Assembly (NCBI RefSeq): GCF_963921235.1
Contig: NC_086097.1
Location: 111,540,001 to 111,604,000 of the forward strand
Direction: 5' to 3'
DNA from: Mobula hypostoma
Lineage: Eukaryota
DNA length: 64,000 bases
Shown: piece by piece, positions 23,647 to 35,204 of the stretch
Numbering within the stretch: position 1 is the stretch's first letter
Layout: each line of letters begins with the position of its first letter
Notes under the pieces: generated by a model
What the model was told of the DNA's origin: nothing
The model's database searches: none
What the model saw: only the letters and a program-made list of their open reading frames with translations
Program-made: the position numbers and the translations under genes

Positions 23647-24186
23647 TGGGAGTCAGGATTGCTGAGGATTAGATTGATTTGATTCCATTTAGGAAACATG
23701 GTTTGGGCAGTGGATGTGGGACATCAAAGTGATCCAATATACACACAGAAATTCCTAAATGGCTTGTTGGGCTGACATTGCAGGAAGAAGAAACTGTTGA
23801 TTTGGAGGCCTTGCTCGCAACCAAATGGATGTTACACACTTCATTACTCAAATGAGCTGCTGAACTGAGATTGACTCCTGTGGCAATCATCTGTCTGTAT
23901 GTGTGTGTTTCCTAAGGGTGGATATCATGGACTGATTTTAACCTGCACTCATCAGTATTTCTGAACAGTACAGCACCTTTGCTGGGAGTAAGAAAAAGGT
24001 GATGTAATAATTCAGAGGTTCTGGGATCTGAAATGTTAATTCTGTTTCCATTTTAATAGATGCTGCCCGACTTGCTAAAGGTTTCCAGCATTGTGTGTTC
24101 GTATTGTAGATTTCTAGCCACTGCAATCCTTTGTATTTTTGGTGGCCAGGGGTGTTTGGGGTGGATGGAGGGAGGAGAAATGAAGG

Positions 24187-24821
24187 AGATTATGATTATG
24201 AGGACACGCAGTCCCCTTTTATTGTCATTTAGTAATGCATGCATTAAGAAATGATGAAATGTTTTTCCAGAATGATATCACGAAAAACACATGACAAACT
24301 GACTTAAAAACTAACAAAAACCACATAATTATAACATTATAGCATTGCTAAACAATACCGTAATTTGATAAGAACAAACCATGGCACAGTAAAAGTCTCA
24401 AAGTCTCTCATAAGTCCCATCATCTCACACAGATGGTAAACCTCCAGCACCGCCAACTTGCCGGTGCAGCACCCTGGAAGCATCCGACCGCAGTCCAACT
24501 CCAGGTCTGTCTGAAAAACTCCAAGCCTCCAACCACCTCCAGACACCGAGCACCGAGCACCATCTCTGCCAAGCGCTTCGGCCCTGGCAACAGGCGATAC
24601 GCAAAGCCGAGGATTTGGGGCCTTCGTCTCTGGAGATTTTTGATCGCACAGTAGCAGCAGCAGTGAAGCAGGCATTTCAGAAGTTACTACAGATGTTCCT
24701 CTGTGCTTCTCACGGCTGTCTCCATCAAGTCCGGATTGTGCACGGCCCCTAGTTACACATACGATATCATTCGGAACGGCCGCGCGCGCTGCATGCGTCG
24801 CCATCTTCTCCTCCCTCCTCC
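24187..24821 (-). mobile_element. Bipartite non-autonomous retroelement (copy 1, divergent middle)
   Basis: 5' end GGAGGGAGGAGAAGATGGCG; 3' hairpins and a CATAATCATAATCT tail. Ends are shared with 50947-51552 and 55646-56246. Confidence 0.75.
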
Positions 24822-26345
24822 TTTAGCAGGACTGGAGGAAAAAGAGATGAGGACTCAGCCCAAAATGTTGACTGTACTCTTTTCCATAGATGCTGCCTGG
24901 CCTGCTGAGTTCCTCCAGCATTTTGTGTGTTGTAAAAGTAAACAATGCCTGTTTAATGCAACATGGTTATATTATTGCTGAACTGTAGTGATTAAGGCTT
25001 TACTGGGTTGGTACAAGAACTGGATGGTTGAAGTGAAGTAGCTCTTCTTGAGCCTGGTGTTGTGGGACTTCTGGCTTCTGTACCTCCTGCCGGATGGTAG
25101 CTATAGAGAAAACGGCAAGGTCCAGATGGTGTTGATCTTTAGATAGATGTTGTTTTCTTGAGGCCTCGTGTAGATGCTGTTAAGGATGGGTAGTAATGTA
25201 CCTCTGATGTATTAGGCAGAGTCCATTACTTTCTGCAGCTTCTTTCAATTGGAATGCCATACCAGACCATGATGCAAGCAGTTGGGATACTTTGAACAGA
25301 ACTTCTAAATAAGTTTGTTAGATACATGGAGAGGTGGGGCTTGGAACGATGTGGGCGGAACACAGGAAATTGGGACTAGATGGGTGGACATTGTGGTCAA
25401 GATATACCTGTGCTGTATTTATTGTTCCATGGCTGGGAAAGGAAGGGGTTTAGACAAAAAAAAAATGTAGCAAGTAAGTCAAAGAGAAATAAGTATAATG
25501 AGAGGAATATGTTGTGAGGATGGCTCTGGGTAGAGGATGGTGACAGGATGAGGTAATGTTGAACATGGGTACAATAGGGGTTCCAAAATTATGGTATTTG
25601 ATGAAATAGGTAGATCTGGGGCAAACTGCCATTGGATTAGGGACAGTGGATCCAGGAGCAGCATATATTGTGGTGGTCGTCGGGGGGTCACTGCAAAGGT
25701 GCTGTGGAGATACCCAAGTATTAGCTTGCAGATCTTCACTTTGCCACTGCATTCACAATATAAATGTACCCCTGATTTTCCCAGTGATGGAAACACCTGG
25801 AGTAAATTGGACCACTCACAGTGATCCTTCAACCATATATGAATATAGCCAAATGAAACTCTGTTCCTCTGGGGCCAAGGTGCAAAATACGTTACCAACA
25901 GCTCACTGCACATAGCACATATGGTTACAATTTCAGAAAAAAAACATACAGTCGCAAAGAAAATAAAATAATAATATAAACACGTGAAAGCCTGCGGATG
26001 CTGGATGTCCAAAGCAACACATAGGAAATGGTGGAGGAACTCAGCAGGTCAGTCAGCATCCATGGAATGATAATATTGCCCCAGTCCTTGAGTGGCATAA
26101 CCATAGTGTAGATCTATGGTAAATTGCCCTGGTACAGCTTGTTCTTCCACCGAGCAAACACCAGAGGGTAGCACCAAATGATCACATTAGGATTAAATTC
26201 CATTTGTCAATGTTCCACCTAGCTGTATCCTTATATAGCCATAATCAACATTCATTGCAGTCTACAACACAACCAATTTTTCTGTTGTCATCTGCAAAAT
26301 CGTTCTGTATCTAAACCATTTGTATAATTTGTGTTTGTTTTTCAG

Positions 26346-26591
26346 AGATTAGCACAGCCACTTTAACTGACATGGACCCTAAATTTGTAACCAACTTGAT
26401 AAAGCAACTTCTTCACAAATGTAAATGGGATGAAGCTTTGCGCCTACTGAATGTGGGATCTAATGAAATGCAAAGCAAAGAAACTGTTTTGAGATACGAC
26501 TTTTCAGATTTGAATTTTTGCCCAATTATGTGCAATCTTAACCAGCATGACAACAAAGAAATAATTCTGCAAAAATTAATAGATTCTGGAG
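26346..26591 (+). CDS. TRANK1: TRANK1 exon (window exon 8)
   Basis: ttcag| EISTATLTDMDP...KWDEALRLL...DFSDLNFC...LIDSG G|gtaagg. Phase 1/1. Confidence 0.9.
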
Positions 26592-26773
26592 GTAAGGTTT
26601 TTTTAAAAAGTAAATATCAGTCTTAAAGATGCATCATATCCTTCTCTGATTTGTTAAATCTGTGCCTTCACTTTGTATCATAAATACTTCATTGTTGTAA
26701 AGGGACATCCTAGTATCATTTTCCTTTTCCCGGCACTTACTGACACATTCTTTGTTGTTTATTGTTTTTACAG

Positions 26774-26947
26774 CTCCTGTCTGTGGAATTGGTAGTCAAG
26801 AATCTCCAATGCAGTTTTCGCTGAGAAAGGATGATTTCAAGCTTGTGCATTTCTTGTTGAAAAATGGGGCAAATCCACGTGATCTTAGTATAATGCGAGG
26901 TGACACTCCTCTTCATGCTGCAGTTTATATTGTTCTGGACAAAAAGG
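26774..26947 (+). CDS. TRANK1: TRANK1 exon (window exon 9; ankyrin repeat)
   Basis: tacag| APVCG...DDFKLVHFLLKNGANPRDLSIMRGDTPLHAAVYIVLDKK G|gtaaat. Phase 1/1. Confidence 0.92.
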
Positions 26948-27124
26948 GTAAATCTTTGGCTTTACTTGCTAAATTATTGTTAACTAACTTCAATACAGTT
27001 CTTAAATTAAACTTATGAATTTGTCATAATTAACTTTAATATGGAAATATAACCATAATTAAAAATGTTCAGAACATCGGTGTTTCCAAAACTTTTAAAA
27101 TGCCCCTTCTTTCTCAGATAATTG

Positions 27125-28290
27125 AGTTATACGGCATAGAAACAGAGCCTTCAGCCTAATTCATCCATGCTGACTGTGTGCTGGTCCCACCTGCCTAACT
27201 TTGACATATAGCTCTCTAAACTTCTCCATGTGCTTGTTAGATGGCTTCGAAACCTTGCTAATGTGCTCACCGTTACCATTATTTCTTGTGGCATGTTCCA
27301 AATACGCACCACCCCATTGCGTGAAGAAGCTGCTCCTAATGTTCCTTTCAAATCTCTTGCCTCTGATCTTAAACTATGTTTATTTGTTTCTAGCACCACC
27401 TCCCAACAAAAAAGACAATGAGCTTTCAGCCTGGCTATGTCCCTCATGATCTTACATACCTCTATCAGGTAACCATCAGTCTCCTACATTACAGGGAATA
27501 AATTCCTGTTCTATGTAACCTCTACTTGTAACTCAGGCCCCCAAGTAAATGCAATCCTGGTAAATATTTTCTGCACTATTTCTACTTTGATATATTTCTT
27601 TTATCCAAGTGACACCAACTGTACACAATATTCCAGATAAAGCCGCATCAACATCTAATATAACTGCACCGTGCTTCCCAGCTCCTGTACTGGCCTTGAC
27701 TGGTGAAGGCCAGAGTGCCAACCACCCTTTCTACCTGAGACACTACTTTCTGTAAACTATGCACTTGCTCTCCTAGGTCCCTCTGTTTCATAATAATTCC
27801 CTCGCACTAATCTGGATTGAAAGCCATTTGTCAATCCTCAGGCCACATAGCTAGCTTAGCTGCTCAAGATCACCCTTTAATTTTTGATGACCTTTTACAC
27901 TATCTACAACATGAGCGATTTTAGTATTATCTGCCGACTTACTAACCATGACTTGCATCCAGAATGTCCGTATAAATTACATACAGCAGAGGTGCCAGTT
28001 CCTGTGGCACACCACTAGTTGTGGGCCTCCAGTCAGTGAAACAATGCTAGACAGTCACATTCTGTTTCCTTGCAATAAACCTATTATGAATCCAATCTGC
28101 TATCTTCCCCTGGATCCTATGCAATATAACTTGCCAGACTGGCCATTCGTGAGCCTATACCTTCTTTGTTACCTCCTCGAAGAACTCCCCAAGAGATCTG
28201 TCAGACAGGACTTCCCAGGCGTGAAGTTGTGCTGACTGTCCAAAAGTGGACCCTGTGTCTTTAAATGTTGGTAGACCCTGTTCATCAGAA
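27125..28290 (-). mobile_element. Decayed CR1 3' and RT fragments
   Basis: HSLRSEARDLKG...GVVRIWN remnants and a CR1-type tail near 27135. Confidence 0.65.
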
Positions 28291-28619
28291 TCAGGTTTTA
28301 TCATAACTAACTTAGGTCGCAGAATACATTATTTTCCGGCAGCTGTATAAGCGCAACACACAAAAAATTACTTTAAGCTACAATAAGAAATATCCTAAAA
28401 AAAGTGCAAAAGGAGAGCAAAACAGTGAGGTAGTGTTCACGGACTGTTCCTAAATCTGGTGGAGGAAGGATAAAAGCTGTTTGTAAAACATTTAAGTGTG
28501 TATTAGCAGGCTCCTTAACCCTCCTGTCTGGTGGCAGTAGTGAGAAAACAGCATGTCTTGATTGGTGATCGTCCTTTATGATGGATGCTGTCTTGAGGCA
28601 CTGCTATTTGAAGGTGTCT

Positions 28620-29040
28620 TTCTGGGCCTGTACTTGCTGGAGTTTAGAAGAATGGGGGGTTTTTGGGGGGGGGGGGAGTCTCATTGAAACCTATCGAATA
28701 TTGAAAGGGCTAGATAGAGTGGATGTGCAAAGGGTGTTTTCCCTAGTTGGTGAGTCAAAGACCAGTGGGCACAGCCTCAGAGTAGAACAGAGATGAGGAG
28801 GAATTTCTTTAGCCAAAGGGTGGTGAATCTGTGGAATTCATTACCACAGATAGCTGGGAAGGCCAAGTCATTGAGTATATTTAAAGCAGAGGCTGATAGG
28901 TGGTTGATTAGTCAGGGTGTCAAATGTTATGGGGAGAAGTCAGCAGAATGGGGATGAAAGGGGATAATAAATGAGCCATGATGATATAGCGGAGCAGGCT
29001 CATTAGGCTGAATGCCCGAATTCTGCTTCTATGTCTTGTG
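28620..29040 (+). mobile_element. CR1-clade LINE 3' end
   Basis: LIETYRILKGLDRVDVQRVFSLVGESKTSGHSLR. Confidence 0.8.
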
Positions 29041-29042
29041 TC

Positions 29043-29847
29043 CTGATAAATGTGAGGTGCTACGTTTTGGTAGGACTAATCAAAATAGGACATACGTGGT
29101 AAATGGTAGGGCATTGAAGAATGCAGTAGAACAGAGGGATCGAGGAATAATGGTGCATAGTTCCCTGAAGGTGGAATCTCATGTGGATAGGGTGGTGAAG
29201 AAAGCTTATGGTATGCTGGCCTTCATAAATCAGAGCATTGAGTATAGGAGTTGGGATGTAATGTTGAAATTGTACAAGGCATTGGTAAGGCCAAATTTGG
29301 AGTATTGTGTACAGTTCTGGTCTCTAAATTATAAGAAAGATGTCAACAAAATTGAGAGAGTACAAAGGAGATTTACTAGAATGTTGCCTGGGTTTCATCT
29401 CCTAAGTTACAGAGAAAGGTTGAACAAGTTAAGTCTTTATTCTTTGGAGGGTAGAAGGTTGAGGAGGGGACTTGGTAGAGGTATTTAAAATTATGAGGGG
29501 GATAGATAGAGTTGATGTGGATAGGCTTTTTCCATTGAGAGTGGGGGAGATTCAAACAAGAGGACATGAGTTGAGAGTTAAAGGGCAAAAGTTTAGGGGT
29601 AACATGAGGGGGAACTTCGTTACTCAGAGAGTGGTAGCTGTGTGGAACGAGCTTCCAGCAGAAGTGGTTGAGGCAGGTTCGATGTTGTTATTTAAAGTTA
29701 AATTGGATAGATATATGGACAGGAAAGGAATGAAGGGTTATGAGCTGAGTGCAGGTCGGTGTGACCAGGTGAGAGTAAGAGTTCAGCACGGACTAGAAGG
29801 GCCGAGATGGCCTGTTTCCGTGCTGTAATTGTTATATGGTTATATGG
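29043..29847 (+). mobile_element. Young 5'-truncated CR1 copy
   Basis: DKCEVLRFG...LVRPNLEYCVQFW...; nearly identical to 37268-38066, with the same GTTATATGGTTATAT tail. Confidence 0.9.
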
Positions 29848-29859
29848 TACACGGTGGTA

Positions 29860-30710
29860 AGGAGACTAGTGCCTTTGATGGAGCTGGGTGTGTCTACAGC
29901 CCTCTGCAGCTTTTTATTTTCCTATGCATTCGAACCTCTGTACCAGGTGGTGATGCAAGCAAATAGTGAAAGATCTGTAGAAACTTGCTAGAGTTTTTGA
30001 TGACATGTCAAATCTCTTCAAGCTGCTAAAGAGGTATAGCTGCTGGTGTGCTTTCTTCTTAATTGCATCAGAGTTGTTTCCAAGATAGATCTTTAGAGGT
30101 GCTGACACCCAGGAACTTAAAAACTGCTCATTGTTTCCACTGCTGGTCCCTCGATGAGGACTGGTGTGTGTTCCCTTGATTTTCCATTTCCTGAAGTCCA
30201 CAGTTAAATCCTTGGTCTGACTGTCACTGAGAGCAAGGTTATTGTTGTGATACCACTCAACCAGCTGATATATCTCACTCGTGTTCACCTCCTCATCACA
30301 CATCTGAGATCCTGCCAACAACAGTTGTGCCTTCAGTGAATTTAAAGGTGGCGATTGAGCTGTGCCTAGCCATACAATCGTGAGTGGAGTAGTAGGTTAA
30401 GCACGGATCCTTGAAGTGTGCCTGAGTTGATTTGTCTGCGAGGAGCAGATGTTACTTCCGATCCACACTGACTGGTCTTCCTATAAGGAAGTCCAGTTGC
30501 AGAAGGAGGTACGGAGGCCCAGGTTTTGAAGCTTACTGCTTAGTACTTAGGGCATGATGGTATTGAATGCTGAGCTATAATCAATAAGTGGCATCCTGAT
30601 GTAGAAATTGCTGCTGTCCAGGTAGCCCAAGGCTAAGTGGAGACCCAGTAAGATTGCATCTTTTGTAGACCTGATGTGGCATTAGGCAAATTGTAGTGGG
30701 TTGTTCTGTA
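29860..30710 (-). mobile_element. Rex1/Babar-like LINE RT fragment
   Basis: LVEWYHNNNLALSDSQTKDLTVDFRK; KKAHQQLYLFSSLKRF. Confidence 0.8.
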
Positions 30711-31375
30711 CTGCTCAACTAGGTCTTTTTAATAAACAGTAACAGACAACAACAAACTTGGAGTGGAGCAACTTATAAGGGCATTTATCATTTGCATCTC
30801 CGTATGTTAAGTCGTCGGTAGAAAACTTCAGTCTTACAGCTCAAACAGATCATTTTTGTATGTTTACAAGAGTCTAGTAATCATTAACTTCATGTCCTTG
30901 AGGTCATTCCATCTTTAACTGCACCCTGTTTTATCTCACATTTATCTTGCATGAGCCCATTTGTCTTTGTCCTCGAGGTTCCCCCCACCCCCCAAAACAA
31001 CTGTGTCTTGTTTCTCTGCTTTTAATCGTGCAAAGTCCAGACACTCTGTGCTCTAAGTCACGTACTCCTGCAAGCTTCTTATCTAGCTACGTCAGCAAGT
31101 TAGTAATGCACTCTGGGATTATAGAGATTCCATTTTATCACAATACAATTTACAAAGATTATAAATTCGTATAAACTTCAAGGATACAGATACATTTCCA
31201 CAGGATCCAGATCCTTCCTCTGGTAGAAGTTAATTTTAGCTATGACCATTCTGTCAAGCCTTCATCACTGTAGATGTGAGTGCTACCTGGTAATAGTCTC
31301 TGTGGCAGCTCACCCTGCTCTCAGAATCCCTTCCAGTAATTTACCCACCATGAATGTCAAACTCAATGTCCTGCA

Positions 31376-32982
31376 CAGTACTTTGCAAAAATCTTAGGTA
31401 CGTGTAAAAACATTCTGTAAAACGAAGATGCTTTCAAATACAAAGAAATGAAAAGATTCTAAATATCAAAAAAGCGAAAAAGAACAGTAAACAGCTAAGA
31501 ACTAAAATCAAATCAATATTTGGTGTCACCATCCTTTGCCTTTAATACTGCATCAATTCTCTTAGGTACACTGTCGTGCAGCTTTATAGGAAAATCAGCT
31601 GGTAGGTTATTCCAAGCACCTTGGAGAACTTGCCACAGTTATTCTGCAGACTTTGGCTGTGTTGCTTGCTTCTGTATGTGCAGGTAATCCCAGACAGCCT
31701 CACTGATGTTGAGATCGAGGCTCTGTGGAGGCCATACCATCCACTGCAGAACTCCTTGTTCTTTATTTCACTGAAGACAGTTCTTTCGGACCTTGGCAGT
31801 GTGTTTGGGGTCATTGTCCTGCTGCAGAATGAAGTTGGGACTGATCAGCCACCTCCCTGGATGATGGATGAGAATCTGCTTGTACTTCTCAGCATTGAGG
31901 ATTCCATTCATTCTGACCAGATCACTCACTCCATTTGCAGAAATGCAATTCCAGACCTGCAGGGAACCTCTGTGAGTTGGCTGCAGACACTTATCCATTC
32001 AGCACTCTCCAGCTCTTCTATGGACAAACTGCCTTCTAATTGAGCCAAAGTTTTCAAATTTTGACTCTTCAATCCAGAGCATTTGCTGCAATTGTTCAGT
32101 CCTTCAGTCCTTGTGTTTTTGTGCATAGATGAGTCTCTTGGGTTTGGTTCCACTTTGAAGGAATGGTTTTTGGTGGCAACTTTTCCATGAAGACCACTTC
32201 TGACAAATCCTCTCTGGATTGTCGAGAGGTGTACTTGGGTTCCAGTGGTTTCTGTGAGTTCAGAGCTGGTAGCTCTGCTGGACCTCTTCTGATTTAGATG
32301 GGACATCAGTTTGATGCATCTTTCTTCTACTGCACTCAGTTTCTGTGGCCAACCACTGTGTTTCTGGTCCTCAACCATGCCCATTTCTTTATTTTTATAT
32401 GTTTAGAGAATCCAATAATCATCAATTTCGTGTCTTTCATGCTTCTTCAGAAGAGCTTGGACAGCACATCTTGAAATTCCTCTCTGTCATGAAATTTCTG
32501 CATGGGAGAGACCTTGCTGATACAAGATGACCACTTTGTGTTGTGTTGCTATGCTCACTCTTGCATGGCGTAAGAAGTGAAGATTGGAAAGTACACCGTC
32601 ACATCTGCCACACCCTCACCTTTTAATTTGGTTGTCCTTTGCCCAGGTTGATTCCTTCTACACCCATTTCCATTTCAGTTAATCAGTTTGGTTCATTTGA
32701 CTCATTATGTCATTGAACATTAGCACCTGATTGTTCTGTGTTTAATCGTGCACTGGGTAATAGACCGACAAAGTAATCAAATCTTTATTTGAAAAATGAT
32801 TTAATATGTTACTTTAATGAAATATAAAAATTTCACTAACATTTAAATTTTTGGAAAATGAATGTTTGGCAATCTAAAATCTGCTCTTCCTACTGACACA
32901 TTAATACAGAAGACAAAAAAAACCCATCTAAAACAAAATGTATATGAAAATCTTGGATGCCTAAGACTTTTGCACAGTACTG
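31376..32982 (-). mobile_element. Full-length (1607 bp) degenerate Tc1-family DNA transposon
   Basis: TIRs CAGTACTTTGCAAAAATCTTAGG and CCTAAGACTTTTGCACAGTACTG-TA. Transposase remnants: HTH (SGWPQKLS...VHLSTIQRGF..SGLHG), FILQQDNDPKHTAK and WPPQSLDLNISEAVW. Frameshifted. It splits a minus-strand CR1 remnant. Confidence 0.92.
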
Positions 32983-33284
32983 TAGTTTCCTTACTTTTTT
33001 TTTTGCTACCCTTTTTAAACAATGGTCCCCCATTAGCCTCTTTCCAGTTCTCTGGAACCACACCTGAGGTGAAAGATGAAACAAATTCTCTGTTGCAACC
33101 TCTGCAATTTCTTCTCTAGCTCACCACTAGTTCTGAGAATGCACCAAGCCAAGTCCTAGGGATTTATCCATCTTCATGATTGTTAAGGCTGCCGTTGCCT
33201 CCTTTCTGCTGATGCGTATGTTGTTGAAGATATCACCACTCATGTCACTCATCTTCTTGACAGAATTTTTATTTTCAACAGTAA

Positions 33285-33492
33285 CAAGCCCAATCCCAAT
33301 TACACCTATGTGACCAATTTGCCTACTAACCCATACATATTTAGAACATGGCAGGAAACTGGAACACCTGGGGGGAAACCCACACAAACATATGGAGAAC
33401 ATACAAACTCCCTACAGAAAGTGGCAGAATTGAACCTGGGTTGCTGGTGCTGTGATACTGTTAAGCTAATTGCTGTGCTACTGAGCTGCCAC
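33285..33492 (-). mobile_element. tRNA-derived V-SINE (HE1-like)
   Basis: A box, B box GGTTCAATTCT, then the V-domain-like GGAGTTTGTATGTTCTCC...GTGGGTTTCCCCCCAGGTGTTCCAGTTTCCT. Confidence 0.75.
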
Positions 33493-35204
33493 CAAATTTC
33501 TGAATTAAATGAGTTTTTAAACTTTTGTATGAACATTTGAATTATTTTAAGTCTTCTTAATTTTGCAAACAAGGCATATTTATTTCCATTATTTCAACAT
33601 TGCATCCTTTTACATTTCATTTTTACTGGAATTCTAAAGTGAACCACGTTTAGCGATCCACTGTTTTCATTAGATTTCTTCTTGTGCTCCACCAGTAATG
33701 GAATTTGAGGGCTTTTGTCCTAATAGTGACACTTTCTCCTTTAAGGAAGTTAATTACACTCAAAACTTTCGATATGTTTTTTAAACAGCAACTTACATTA
33801 AATTTTAACTGTATTTTATTTTGTTTGTAAACTCATGGCTAACTTAGAGAAAAAATATAATGAGCATAAAATCAAGAGTGTTCTTTAAATATCAAGATAA
33901 TAGTTTGTTATAGAGTTATTGGACGCCTTCCTCAATCTGGAGAGCTTTGTTAATTTATTTTGGGATGTTTAACCCTTTGCATTTGGATGAAAAGACATTT
34001 TCATGAAGGACCAGGCATAACTGACCCAGATAGCTTTTAACTTATTTGAAATAAATAAAGCAATTGTTGGTGTACTCTAAGTACTCCCTTGCAGGAGGGA
34101 TGTAAGTTGGAAAGTATGTTAATAAAAATGTCTTTAATGTGGTGATTGTTATATAAAATGGCTGGAGATGGAGCTGGACAAGAGAATGTGGTAGACATCT
34201 ACAAGATTACAGAATATTTTTCTGGAGAAGTTACATTGGTGACTGGATAGATAATGAATAAATGCAAACTTAAGAAATTTGAAAGGCAACATTTAATAAG
34301 CCCTTTTAGCATTGTGTGTTAATCTACAAAATAAATTGTTGAAATAGTATCCACAGAAGTTCTAAAAGCAAACTTGGAAAGATTGCACCGGTGTGATTGC
34401 TAAGAAAACATGTACTTGCTTTCAAGAAAGTACTGGATTGGTTCCAGGCATGGCAGATTTGCTGCAGATTGAAACAGATTTCTCCAGAGTTTAGGAAAAT
34501 AGCATATGATCTCACCAAAACTTAAAAGTTTCTTACAGGTTTTGATAGGCTAGAGGATATTCAGCCTAACTAAAGAGTTCAGGATCAGGGAGCACGGTCG
34601 TAAGTAAAGGCTAGGCCATTTGTGACTGAAATGATGAAAGGCTTCTTTACTCAAAGGGTGCTGATCTTTTGGAATACTCTGCCCTGAAGAGATGCAGAGA
34701 CTCATTCATTTTGTTCATTCAAAACAGAGAACTTTGGAGAACCAGTGAATGTGGGGATTATTCTGGAAGTGGCATTGATGGTTCTTGATGATGACTTAAG
34801 GGCTGGATAGCTCAATCCTGTTCCTATTGCTGGTACTCTTTGATAAAGAGAAATATTGGAGCAAATTTGATTGTCACCATTGATCTCTATATCATAAAAT
34901 AGGATATTTGCTTCAGGATCTCTCCTGGCAGAAATTCTGGAGACTTCTGGGAGGTTTCTGCATGGCAAAGCTCTCAGGCCTACTCTTCCTTCACGTAGGC
35001 AAAACAATCCTGCTCATCAAATGTAGAGATTTCGATATGTAACCAGACTCCTTGATCTGTTTGAAGTGCTTTTCTTGTTTGAGCTTGTAAGAATGTTTCT
35101 AAAACTTTCAAAAACAAAGAACCCCACAAAGTTGTTCAAAAATGTGAAAAATACTCAAATTTAGTCCTAAAATACTTTGATGCTTTCAAATTTTTTAGGT
35201 ACTT

